Source: an uncultured Thermoplasmata archaeon (lineage in GTDB: Archaea > Thermoplasmatota > Thermoplasmata > UBA10834). Taken from it: a DNA stretch of 64,000 nucleotides. The DNA is taken from positions 3,320 through 67,319 of the forward strand of contig CAZXWO010000005.1 of NCBI GenBank assembly GCA_964644565.1. Reading direction: 5' to 3'. The number at the start of each line of letters is the position of its first letter. The first letter of the stretch is position 1. Made by a program: the position numbers and the translations under genes. Shown here in pieces: positions 18,449 to 27,792 of this stretch. Below the pieces are notes generated by a model. That model had not been told where the DNA came from, made no database searches, and worked only from the letters and a program-made list of their open reading frames with translations.

Positions 18449-19726
18449 GTGCGCATGAGGTCATACAAGGACATCCCCCTCTGGAAGGACGTGAAGGACG
18501 AGGAGTGGAACGACTGGAAGTGGCAGCTCAGGAACAGGATCACCACGGTGGAGCAGCTGAAGCAGGTGATCAACCTCACCCCGGAGGAGGAGGCGGGGGT
18601 CAAGGAATCCCTCAAGGTCCTGCGCATGGCGATAACTCCCTACTTCGCATCCCTCATGGACCCCGAAGACCCGCACTGTCCCGTCAGGATGCAGGCGGTC
18701 CCCACCATCAAGGAGACTGACTTCAGCGCGTCCGACATGGACGACCCGCTCTTCGAGGACATAGACTCCCCCGTCCACGGGCTGACGCACAGGTACCCGG
18801 ACAGGGTCCTGTTCCTCATCACGGACCAGTGCGGAATGTACTGCAGGCACTGCACGCGGAGGAGGCTCGCCGGTCAGACGGACGCGGAGAGGGGCACGGA
18901 CGTGATCGACGCAGCGATCGAGTACATCCGGAAGCACGAGGAGATCAGGGACGTGCTCCTGTCCGGAGGCGACTGTCTGATGGTCTCGGACGAGAAGCTG
19001 GAGAGCATAATATCCCGGCTCCAGGCGATCGACCACGTCGACATCGTCAGGATGGGCAGCAGGGCGCCGGTGACGCTCCCTCAGCGGATAACGCCCGCAC
19101 TATGCGAGATGCTCAAGAAGTACCACCCGATCTGGCTCAACACCCACTTCAACCACCCGAAGGAGATAACCCCCGAGTCGAAGAAGGCCGTCACGATGCT
19201 GGCGGACGCAGGCATACCGGTCGGGAACCAGTCCGTGCTCCTGAAGGGCGTGAACGACTGCCCGACCATAATGAAGGCGCTCGTGCAGCAGCTGGTGAAG
19301 ATCCGCGTCAGGCCCTACTACTACTACCAGTGCGACCTGTCGAAGGGCATCGAGCACTTCAGGACCTCCGTCGCGAAGGGCATAGAGATCGCCGAGGCGC
19401 TGCGCGGGCACACCTCGGGGTTCGCGGTGCCGACCTTCATCATCGACGGGCCCGGCGGTGGCGGGAAGATACCTGTCGCCCCGCAGTACCTCATATCCAT
19501 GTCGGACAAGAGGGTCATACTCAGGAACTACGAGGGCGGCACCTTCCAGTACCCCGAACCGAAGGACCGGGTGAGCGTGTGCCCGCCGACCTGCAAGCTA
19601 TGCGAGACGTACGGCAAGATCGAGAGCAAGGAGGGCGTCGCGGGGGTCCTCTCGGGCGAGAAGTTCGCCCTCATACCCGAGGGTTCGGCCAGGGCCGCGA
19701 GGCGGAAGGGCTACGACAAGCACTGA
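18449..19726 (+). CDS. kamA: Lysine 2,3-aminomutase (radical SAM, KamA/AblA family)
   Basis: [11 protein letters not shown] radical-SAM cluster motif, [28 protein letters not shown] at 18449 with an alternative ATG at 18455. Confidence 0.9.
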   Translation: MRMRSYKDIPLWKDVKDEEWNDWKWQLRNRITTVEQLKQVINLTPEEEAGVKESLKVLRMAITPYFASLMDPEDPHCPVRMQAVPTIKETDFSASDMDDPLFEDIDSPVHGLTHRYPDRVLFLITDQCGMYCRHCTRRRLAGQTDAERGTDVIDAAIEYIRKHEEIRDVLLSGGDCLMVSDEKLESIISRLQAIDHVDIVRMGSRAPVTLPQRITPALCEMLKKYHPIWLNTHFNHPKEITPESKKAVTMLADAGIPVGNQSVLLKGVNDCPTIMKALVQQLVKIRVRPYYYYQCDLSKGIEHFRTSVAKGIEIAEALRGHTSGFAVPTFIIDGPGGGGKIPVAPQYLISMSDKRVILRNYEGGTFQYPEPKDRVSVCPPTCKLCETYGKIESKEGVAGVLSGEKFALIPEGSARAARRKGYDKH

Positions 19727-19835
19727 CCCTGGCCCCGGTATGCTCACAAACCCATTCCCCAAACCCCTGGTTTAACTGCGAAAGCATTAAGAGAGGCTAT
19801 CATATTCTTCGCCGTCAGTCCAACGAGGCGAGCCA

Positions 19836-21032
19836 ATGGGTAGGAATATTTTCATCAAGGAGCTCATGCAGACACCCGTCGAGCAGCAGACTGTCGAGTT
19901 CGTGGAGAGGAAGGGCATCGGCCACCCCGACAGCATCGCCGACGGCCTGGCCGAGAGCGTCAGCAGGGCGCTGTGCCAGATGTACATAGAGAGGTACGGC
20001 AGAATACTGCACCACAACACCGACGAGACGCAGATCGTCGGAGGGCAGTCCGCCCCGAAGTTCGGGGGAGGCTCCATACTCGAGCCGATTTACATACTCC
20101 TCGTCGGTCGTGCGACCACGAGCGTCAACGGAGAGCGCCTGCCTTACAGGACGACCGCGATGAAGGCCGCCTACTCATACCTCGAGAAGACCTGCAAGAA
20201 CCTCGACGTCGATTGGGACGTCGTCCTGGACTGCATGATCGGACAGGGCAGCGTCGACCTCAGGGGGCTGTACGAGACCCAGCGCCTCCTGGCCAACGAC
20301 ACATCGTTCGGCGTGGGCTTCGCCCCCTTCAGCGAGACCGAGAGGATCACCCTCGAGACAGAGAAGTACATCAACGGCAAGCTGTGGAAGAAGATGCCAG
20401 AGGTGGGCGAGGACGTCAAGGTCATGGCGTACAGGAACGGGAAGGACATCGACCTGACCATCGCATGCGCGATGGTCTCGTCCAAGGTGCCTGACAAGAG
20501 CCACTACAAGAGCGTCATCGAGGAGATGAAGGAGAACGTCGCGGACTTCGCAGGCAAGTACACCAAGAGGAACCTCAAGGTGGACGTGAACACGGCCGAC
20601 GACTACAAGAAGGACATCTACTACCTGACCGTCTCCGGGCTCTCGATGGAGAACGGCGACGACGGCTCCGTCGGCAGGGGCAACAGGGCCAACGGGCTCA
20701 TCACCCCGATGAGGCCGATGAGCATGGAGGCCTCAGCCGGCAAGAACCCGGTCACGCACGTCGGGAAGCTCTACAACATCCTCTCGACCAGGGTCGCGGA
20801 CGAGATACACAAGCTGGGCAGGGGCGACATACTAGAGGTCCACACCAGGATACTGTCCCAGATCGGGAACCCGATAGACGAGCCCCAGGCCGCGAGCGCC
20901 AACATCATATTCGCGCCCAACGTCGACAGGAAGAAGTACGAGCGCGAGGCGGCGGCGCTGTTCGACGAGCAGCTGAAGAACATGCACAAGCTGACCGACG
21001 AGATAGTCTCGGGCAAGGTCAGCGTCTTCTAG
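19836..21032 (+). CDS. metK: S-adenosylmethionine synthetase, archaeal type
   Basis: [17 protein letters not shown]...[13 protein letters not shown]...[11 protein letters not shown] is characteristic of archaeal MAT. Confidence 0.92.
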   Translation: MGRNIFIKELMQTPVEQQTVEFVERKGIGHPDSIADGLAESVSRALCQMYIERYGRILHHNTDETQIVGGQSAPKFGGGSILEPIYILLVGRATTSVNGERLPYRTTAMKAAYSYLEKTCKNLDVDWDVVLDCMIGQGSVDLRGLYETQRLLANDTSFGVGFAPFSETERITLETEKYINGKLWKKMPEVGEDVKVMAYRNGKDIDLTIACAMVSSKVPDKSHYKSVIEEMKENVADFAGKYTKRNLKVDVNTADDYKKDIYYLTVSGLSMENGDDGSVGRGNRANGLITPMRPMSMEASAGKNPVTHVGKLYNILSTRVADEIHKLGRGDILEVHTRILSQIGNPIDEPQAASANIIFAPNVDRKKYEREAAALFDEQLKNMHKLTDEIVSGKVSVF

Positions 21033-21053
21033 GCGGAAACACGGGGGCGCCCC

Positions 21054-24000
21054 TCAGGGGGCCCCGTCCAACTTTCTAAGCTCTTCCTCCCTGGACTTGA
21101 GCACTTTGGCGAGGTCCGTCAGCTCCCCCTGGATCGACTGGAGCCTCGTCCACTCGTCCTCCAGGCGCTGCTCGTCCCTCCTGACCTCGCCCTCGCGGTC
21201 CGCCAGCCTCAGGTAGGCGTCGTCGAGCTCCCTCTTCCTCCGCTCGAGCTCCTCGAAGGTCTTGGCGTCCACCGCCGCTAGCCCGGCCTTGGACCCGTCG
21301 ACCTTCTCCCAGAGGTCCTGGACCTCCGCCCTCTCCTTCTCCATGCGGTCCATCTCGATGACGAGGGTCCTCTCCCGGGTCTCGATGTCGCGCTCCCTGT
21401 CCCTCAGGGCCTCCTCGAGCCCCCTGAGGTCGACCTCCCTGCGCGCGAGGTCGTCGCCCGTCGCGTCCGTCGTCCTGGGCGCGTTGTCCTTGACCGCCTT
21501 GGCGACCCTCTCACGGACCTCCTCCTCGAGCTCCTCGCGCCTCTTCATCAGCTCGTGCCGCCACTTCTCGAGCTCAGCCCTGAGCTGTTCGAGGCCGGCC
21601 TCCCTCTGCTGCACCGCGGACCTCTCCCTGTCCATCTCTATCTGCAGGAGCTCGAACTCCTCCAGGGACCTCTCCAGCTGGTCCGCACGCCTGTGCAGGT
21701 CCTCCTCCTTCGCCGCCAGCGCCGACTTCTCCTTGGCTATGTCGTCGAGGACGCCCTTGTACTCGCTTATCGACTGGTCGACGCCCTGCTCGCGCATGTT
21801 GACGGCCGTCTCCATGCTCGCCAGCCTCGCTCCCGTCGCCCGGAGCTCCTGCTCCTGCCTCGCGAGGTCGTCCTCCCTCGCCTTGAGCGCCGCGTCCCTC
21901 GCGGCCAGGGCGGCCTCCCTCTCCGAGGAGGTGCGGACGGCCGCGTCCACCTGGGCGTTGACCTCCTCCAGCTCCGCGGCCCGCGCCTCGAGGGCCTGCG
22001 CCTCCCTCTCCCTCTGGGCCCGGGCCTCCTCCTGCTGGGACCGGAACTCGGACTCCATGGTCGCGAAGGCCACCTCCCTGGCCTCCAACTCCTTGGACTT
22101 GTCTGTCAGCGCCGCCTCCCTCGACTCCAAGTCAGCGGCCCTCTTCTCCAGGGCGGCCCTCTCGGCCTCCGACGCCGCGGTCGCGGCCGCGTCTGCCGCC
22201 GCGACCTCCTTTTCCCAGGACGCGAGTTCGGCGTCCCGGGTAGCCGCCGCAGCCTCCTTCTCGATGAGGACCTTCATCCTGTCCTCGGCGGCCGCCTCCT
22301 CGTCGGCGAGCCTGCTCGACCTCGTCTCAAGGTCGAACTCCTTGGACTCGAGGGACTTCTCTGTGTCCTTGAGGGCGTCCCGCGCTGCGTCCAGCGACCT
22401 GCCCCTCTCCTCGAGGTCCCTCTTCAGCGTCTCGATGTCAGTACGGGCGGCGCCGAGCTCGGAGTGCGACCTCGCCACATCCATCTCGTGCGACTGCCTG
22501 TCCGCGGCGAACTCGGCCACGCTCCTCTCCAGCTGTGCCTTGTCCTCCATGAACCTCTCGGTGTCGGCCGCGTGCGCCTCCCGCTCCTCGGCGAGCGCCG
22601 CCCTGGCAGCCTCCAGCTCAGACCTGCTCGCCTCGAGGTCCGAGGCGGCCTCCGTCAGCTGCTCCCTCTGGGCGGCCAGCTCTCGCTCGAGCGCCGCCTG
22701 TCTCTCTGAATCCTGAGTTATGATCGTCTCCCTGCGGGAAAGGTCGTCGAACCTCGCCTCCGCCTCGGCGGCCCTCCTCTCCGCCTCCGCCAGCTTATCG
22801 GAGGCCTCCGCCCTCACCGACTCGAGCTCCCTCCTCGCAGACTCCAGCTCCGCCGACGTCTCCCGCAGCTCGGCCTCCTTGGAGTCCAGGGAGGCCGCGC
22901 GCTCCTCCGCCTCCTTCATGAGGCGCTCGACCTCAGCCCTCTGGGCGGCCGTCTCGCGCATCGACTCCTCGAGGGACTTGTGGGTCGTGTCGCGATGCAG
23001 GTCCACGTCGGCGCGGGCCTGCTCTATGCTCGCGCGGTCGGCCTCGAGCTGCGCCCGGGCATCCTCGAGCTCGGCCCTCGCCCCGTCGACCTGCCTCTCG
23101 GACTCCGCGATCCGCTGCTCGCGTTCGCTCACTTCCCGCTCCAGCGCGCCCATCTCGTCCTTGACGACGGCCAGGGCCGCCTCCTTCTCCGCGAGCTGCG
23201 CAGCCCTCCGCTCGAGCTCACCGTGCAGCGCCGCGCGCTCCGCCTGCGCGGCCTCGAGCTCGCCCCTGAGCTGCTTCTCCCGGGCCTCGACCTCCGGCTG
23301 GACCTTGAGCAGGTCGTCCTCCCTGGCCTTCAGGGCGGCCTCCCTGGAGCCCAGGCCCGAGGCGATCTCGTCAAGCTCCGCCTTCCACGAGTCGAGCTCG
23401 GACTGCATGGACGCGAGCTCTTCGGACCTCGAGTCCAGGCGCGCCCTCTCCTCCTGCATGGCCTTGGTGACGGACGCCAGGTCGCTCTTCTCCCTCTCGA
23501 CCCTGGAGAGCTCCGCCTCGCTACGGATCAGCTGTTCCTTCATGAGCCTCTCGCGCTCGTCGAGGGTCGACTTGGTCTGCTGCAGCATCTCGGCCGTCGA
23601 CCTGAGGTTCTCCTCCTTGAGCGCCAGGTCGTCCTCTATGGACTTGAACTCCTCCGCGCGCTTGTTCAGCTCGCGCCGCGACTGGTCGAGCTCCACCCTC
23701 TCCTCGGCCATCCTCAGCTCCTGGGCCGCGACGTCGCTCGACCTCTGGTCGAGGATGGTCTTCATCTCCTCGGCCGCGTAGTACTTCTCCTCGGCCTCCC
23801 TGCGGTCCTCGTCGGCCTTCTCCAGCTTCTCCTTGAGGCCGGCCTCCGCCTCGGACAGGCGCCTCTCGGTGTCGGCGCGCGTGTTCTCGAACTCGATGCG
23901 CTGCTGTTCGAGCGCGTTCCTCTCGAGCGTGAGCTTCTCCTTGGTGTCGTCGACCTCCCGTCTGAAGGCCTCCGTCTCCTCGGCGAGTCTGGCCGTCATC

Positions 24001-25865
24001 TCCTCCGCGGCCTTCTTCGAGGCCCTCAGCTCCGCGGAGAGGGCCTTCTGCTCCTCCTCCCTGCGGTCGAGCTCCTCCTTGAGCTCGGTCAGGCTCGCGC
24101 TCCTCTCCTTGAGCTGTATCTCGAAGTCAGTGAGGGACTTCCGCCTCGCCTCGCCCTCCTTTGAGAACCTGTCCTCGTCGGAGCGGAGCTTCTCCTCCCG
24201 CTTCTGGACCTCGGCGGCCTTCTGGGTGGTCTCGGCCCTGAGGCGCTCCACCTCGTCGAAGAGCTTCTTGCGCTCCTCCTCGAGGAGGGACTCCTTCCTG
24301 GTCGCCGACTCCTCGGCGTGGGAGGCCTTCTCCATGAGCTGCCTCGCCTCCTCCTCGTGGGCCGCGATCTCCTTCTCCCATACGGAGGACTCCTCGAGCC
24401 TCGTCGCGAGCTTCTGCTCCCTGTCGGCGAGTATCTGCTCCTGCCCCATGAGCTTGGACCTCAGGGTCTCGATCTCGCGCGTGAGGCGGGACACCGACTC
24501 CTCCCTCTGCGCGACCTCGGATGCCGCGCGCTGCGCCTCGGCCCTCACGCCAGCGACCTCCTGCTCCTGCTCCTTCTTCAGCCGCTCGAGCTCCTGCAGC
24601 CCGGAGTCTATCGAGGCGCGCTCCTTCTCGAACTCGACGTTCTGGAGCGCGAGGGCCTGTTCCTTCTCCTGGATGGCCTTCTCCTTCCTGCTGGCCTCGG
24701 AGGCGGCCTCCTGGACCTTCGACTCCTTCTCCTGGATGACGGCCAAGCGCTCGTCCACGGACCTCCTGTCCGCCTCGAGCCGGGCCGAGAGCTCGAGGAG
24801 CTTCGCCCGCTCCGCGTCGAGCTTCTTCGCCTCGCCCTGCAGCTCCATCGTCCTCTGCTCGGTCTTGAGGCTCACCACCTTGTCCAGCTGCAGGTACCTC
24901 GATTCTATCTCCTTCTCCATGGTCAGCAGGTTCGCCTTCTTGGTCTCGAAGGACTGCATCTCCTTGGAGAGCCGTGCCCTGACTTTGGAGGTGAGGTCCG
25001 CCTCGTCCTTCGTGAGCTTGATCCTGAAGTCCTCCAGCTCCTTCCTGGTCTGCCTGACCTTGAGGAGGGTCTGCCGGACCTCCTGCCTCTCCTTCTCCAG
25101 GGTCGCCCGCTCCGAGTCGAGCGCAGCCCTGTCGGCATCGAGCTTCGCCTTCAGGCCCACCAGGCGCGACCTCTCGTCCTGGACCTTCTCCGCCTCGATC
25201 ATGGCCTCGTCGCGCTTCAGTTCCACCATTAGCTTGCTCTCGATGTCCTGGGTCTCCGGGAGGGGCTTCGCCTCCTCCAGGGAGTAGACCTCGAGCTCCC
25301 TCTCCACGGGCCCGAGCTTGGACGGCTCGAGGGTGGATGACTTGAGGGACACGATGCAGACGGCCTTCTGGACGGCCACCAGGTCGCGCAGCGCCTGCAA
25401 CAGGCGCATGACGCTGACGAACTTGTTGTTGGTGATGAGGTACTCGAGGGAGTCTATGAGGACCAGGTTGCCCCCGCCCTCCTCCAGGAACCTCTTTATG
25501 GTGAGGTTGAGCCGTTCGAGGTCCTTCGGGCCCACGGCCTCGTCGCTCATCGCGTTCGTGAGCCACAGGACGGGCACCTCCTTGAGGTTGAAGGCCTTCC
25601 GGAGGTTCTTGGGGTAGGTCCTCGAGACTATCATCCCGCGCTTGCCCTCGGACAGCTCGCTGAGGAACAGGGAATAGGCGATCTCGGGCCTCTCCTCCTC
25701 CACGAGGTAGGTCACGGACGGCTCGAGGCGCTTCACGCCCTCGGCACGCCTGGCAGGCTCTGCCTCTGGCTGCTCCTCCGCGTCGGCGGGTGTCTCCTGA
25801 GGCTGCTCGACAGGAGGCTCCTCGGGCTTGACGCTGCTCTCTCTAGCCTTGTCTCTGAGTCCCAT
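21054..25865 (-). CDS. Giant (1,603 aa) coiled-coil protein with an N-terminal DUF835-like, P-loop-less KaiC/RecA-like domain
   Basis: Single uninterrupted ORF. Residues about 50-200 (GMIVSRTYP..VPVLWLT..NLVLIDSLEYLI..CIVSL) are followed by about 1,400 aa of E/A/R/L/K/D heptad-like sequence nearly free of Pro/Gly. Own AT-rich promoter at 25933-25960. Confidence 0.85.
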   Translation of the reverse strand: MGLRDKARESSVKPEEPPVEQPQETPADAEEQPEAEPARRAEGVKRLEPSVTYLVEEERPEIAYSLFLSELSEGKRGMIVSRTYPKNLRKAFNLKEVPVLWLTNAMSDEAVGPKDLERLNLTIKRFLEEGGGNLVLIDSLEYLITNNKFVSVMRLLQALRDLVAVQKAVCIVSLKSSTLEPSKLGPVERELEVYSLEEAKPLPETQDIESKLMVELKRDEAMIEAEKVQDERSRLVGLKAKLDADRAALDSERATLEKERQEVRQTLLKVRQTRKELEDFRIKLTKDEADLTSKVRARLSKEMQSFETKKANLLTMEKEIESRYLQLDKVVSLKTEQRTMELQGEAKKLDAERAKLLELSARLEADRRSVDERLAVIQEKESKVQEAASEASRKEKAIQEKEQALALQNVEFEKERASIDSGLQELERLKKEQEQEVAGVRAEAQRAASEVAQREESVSRLTREIETLRSKLMGQEQILADREQKLATRLEESSVWEKEIAAHEEEARQLMEKASHAEESATRKESLLEEERKKLFDEVERLRAETTQKAAEVQKREEKLRSDEDRFSKEGEARRKSLTDFEIQLKERSASLTELKEELDRREEEQKALSAELRASKKAAEEMTARLAEETEAFRREVDDTKEKLTLERNALEQQRIEFENTRADTERRLSEAEAGLKEKLEKADEDRREAEEKYYAAEEMKTILDQRSSDVAAQELRMAEERVELDQSRRELNKRAEEFKSIEDDLALKEENLRSTAEMLQQTKSTLDERERLMKEQLIRSEAELSRVEREKSDLASVTKAMQEERARLDSRSEELASMQSELDSWKAELDEIASGLGSREAALKAREDDLLKVQPEVEAREKQLRGELEAAQAERAALHGELERRAAQLAEKEAALAVVKDEMGALEREVSEREQRIAESERQVDGARAELEDARAQLEADRASIEQARADVDLHRDTTHKSLEESMRETAAQRAEVERLMKEAEERAASLDSKEAELRETSAELESARRELESVRAEASDKLAEAERRAAEAEARFDDLSRRETIITQDSERQAALERELAAQREQLTEAASDLEASRSELEAARAALAEEREAHAADTERFMEDKAQLERSVAEFAADRQSHEMDVARSHSELGAARTDIETLKRDLEERGRSLDAARDALKDTEKSLESKEFDLETRSSRLADEEAAAEDRMKVLIEKEAAAATRDAELASWEKEVAAADAAATAASEAERAALEKRAADLESREAALTDKSKELEAREVAFATMESEFRSQQEEARAQREREAQALEARAAELEEVNAQVDAAVRTSSEREAALAARDAALKAREDDLARQEQELRATGARLASMETAVNMREQGVDQSISEYKGVLDDIAKEKSALAAKEEDLHRRADQLERSLEEFELLQIEMDRERSAVQQREAGLEQLRAELEKWRHELMKRREELEEEVRERVAKAVKDNAPRTTDATGDDLARREVDLRGLEEALRDRERDIETRERTLVIEMDRMEKERAEVQDLWEKVDGSKAGLAAVDAKTFEELERRKRELDDAYLRLADREGEVRRDEQRLEDEWTRLQSIQGELTDLAKVLKSREEELRKLDGAP

Positions 25866-25932
25866 GGTAGCTGAGCTCCGTACTCGTACCGTGGCATCTT
25901 CGGGGGAGTAGATGCTGAAGGGTGTTGCTCTG

Positions 25933-25960
25933 GTAATATATCCGATTATACATTAAATGC
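25933..25960 (-). promoter_or_regulatory. AT-rich promoter region (TTTAATGTATAAT / GATATATTACC) of the giant coiled-coil gene
   Basis: Only AT-rich stretch in the 99-nt gap between the zinc-ribbon gene stop (25965) and the giant gene ATG (25865). Confidence 0.45.
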
Positions 25961-25964
25961 TTCT

Positions 25965-27113
25965 CTAAATCCTCAGGCGGTCTAGGACACGCTCGTAGAG
26001 CTTGAAGTCAGGCGTCCTCGAGAACCTCTCCACGACCTCCGGCGGCAGCTGCCCAAGGAGCCCGTCGAGAGTTTTCAGGAGCGTCCTCACCTCCTCCTCG
26101 CCCTCCTCCAGCTGGGATACCCTCTGCTCCAGCTCCGAACGGGCGGATGCGAGCGTCCTTGCATGTGCCTCCAGCGACGACAGGCACGCCTCGGCGTCGT
26201 CGCAGGCCCCCTCCGGGGAGAGCACCTCGTGCACCGAGCGGATCCTGCGCGCGAGGTCCTTCGCGCGGTCATCCGTCTCCGGAGCCGGGCCCGCCTGCCC
26301 CTCCGCCTTGGTAGGGGCGGCCGCCTCCGCAGCCTCTAGCTCCTTCTTCTTCTGGGCGTACGCCTTGATCTTGCGGTCTACCATCTCCTCGCGCTTCCGG
26401 ACCCGTTCCTCGCGCTCTGCCAGCGCCTCCTCCGCGGTGCCCCCCGAGCCTCCGGCCGGGCCCGGGACCTCGAGCGACAGACCCCTGTCCCCCGCCAGTT
26501 TCGCGGGCCCGGGCATGGAGAACACGCTCCTGACCTCTTCCGACAGGGACCTCGCGCGGGAGAGCAGCTCATGCAGCCTGCCGAGGTCCTCCGACGCGCT
26601 CCTCAGCTCCGACTCCAGGTCGTCGACCGGGAGGAAGGGGGGCTCGGCCGACGCGATCTTCGAGGTGCGAGCCCGCGACTCCGGGAGGCTACTCCCCATG
26701 GAGGCGGCCACCTCCTCCCTGAGGTCCGCCAGCTCTGAGAGGTGCCTCGCGAGCGCGGAGAGCGCCTCCGACTCGTCCGTGGTGAGGGGGGGGACCTGTG
26801 CGGGTGGCTGGGCCTCATCCGGGCGGGGCGTCCCCTTGGGGGCCCTCCCCCAGTCGATCAACCTGGAGAGAATCTTCTCGTCCTCCTCGGCGTTGGCCGG
26901 CCTGACCGCCTTGACCTTGAACTTCATGGTGCACTTTGGGCACTCGGGGGTGCCCAGCTCAATCACCTTGCCGCACCTCGGGCAGCGGAAGGCCCTGACC
27001 TCGCTCTCGAGCTGGGAGTAGCACGACTCGCACCTGGTCGCCGCGGCGTCCACGGCGGCCCCGCAGCTCATGCAGAAGGCCTCTCCTGTCTTGGTCGTTC
27101 CCTTGGTCGGCAA
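25965..27113 (-). CDS. Double zinc-ribbon protein with acidic/coiled-coil C-terminal region (hypothetical)
   Basis: Two CxxC...CxxC ribbons (CMSCG..CESC; CPRCG..CPKC), then disordered P/E/A-rich and helical segments, ending LPPEVVERFSRTPDFKLYERVLDRLRI. Confidence 0.7.
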   Translation of the reverse strand: MPTKGTTKTGEAFCMSCGAAVDAAATRCESCYSQLESEVRAFRCPRCGKVIELGTPECPKCTMKFKVKAVRPANAEEDEKILSRLIDWGRAPKGTPRPDEAQPPAQVPPLTTDESEALSALARHLSELADLREEVAASMGSSLPESRARTSKIASAEPPFLPVDDLESELRSASEDLGRLHELLSRARSLSEEVRSVFSMPGPAKLAGDRGLSLEVPGPAGGSGGTAEEALAEREERVRKREEMVDRKIKAYAQKKKELEAAEAAAPTKAEGQAGPAPETDDRAKDLARRIRSVHEVLSPEGACDDAEACLSSLEAHARTLASARSELEQRVSQLEEGEEEVRTLLKTLDGLLGQLPPEVVERFSRTPDFKLYERVLDRLRI

Positions 27114-27197
27114 TCGTGTTCCTCCGGTGTCCGTCCGCGGGGGGCGCGGGCGGTGTGCAACCGTCCTTGTCTGTCATGTACGGGAGGGGGTTTAGGC

Positions 27198-27725
27198 TTA
27201 TTGGTACTTCTCGTGAAGTACCAGTTCCTCAAGGTTCCTCCTCGGCGGCCTCTCGGGGGCCTCGTCCGGGTAGCCGAGGGGGGTCATGGCCACGATCCTG
27301 ACGTCCTCCGGCACCCCGAGGACCTCCCTGACCTTCTCCTCCTTGAACCACGCGACCCAGCAGGTGCCGAGGCCGACGGAGTGCGCGGCCAGGGTCAGGT
27401 GGTCCAAGGCTATCGACACGTCGATGACATGGCTGCTCATGTAGCCCCCGGCAGTCTGGAACGCCTCGTCCGGGAGGCCGCACGCGACCAGCACCAGGGG
27501 GGCCTGGGCGAGGAACTTCTGCCCGTTGGCACCGGCCACGAGCCTTAGCTTCGTGTCCTCGTCGCTCACGACGATGATCCTCCACGGCTGCGAGTTGTTG
27601 GCCGACGGGGCGAGCCTGGCGGCGTTCAGCACGGTCTTGAGAAGGTCTTCGGGCACGGGCGCAGGCTTGTAGCGCCTTATGCTCCGGCGCGTCTTGATGG
27701 CCTCCATCAGGTCCATCGGGGTCAC
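27198..27725 (-). CDS. Nitroreductase family protein
   Basis: AIKTRRSIRRYK...ARLAPSANNSQPWR..VV is the classic nitroreductase N-terminal motif. Confidence 0.88.
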   Translation of the reverse strand: MTPMDLMEAIKTRRSIRRYKPAPVPEDLLKTVLNAARLAPSANNSQPWRIIVVSDEDTKLRLVAGANGQKFLAQAPLVLVACGLPDEAFQTAGGYMSSHVIDVSIALDHLTLAAHSVGLGTCWVAWFKEEKVREVLGVPEDVRIVAMTPLGYPDEAPERPPRRNLEELVLHEKYQ

Positions 27726-27792
27726 TGCGCGTATATTGGCCCCGGGGGGTATTTATGCTTGCCCGCGCGCTGGCGGGGCCGGTCCGCCCTGC

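Noticed and set aside
21262-25287. Very long plus-strand ORFs (484, 384, 353, 394, 484, 304 aa and others) encoding Ser/Ala/Leu/Arg-rich proteins.
   Set aside because: They are antisense to the 1,603-aa coiled-coil gene. The GAG/GCC/CTC-rich repetitive codon usage of that gene removes stop codons from the opposite strand. Their products are low-complexity, with no starts supported by promoters.
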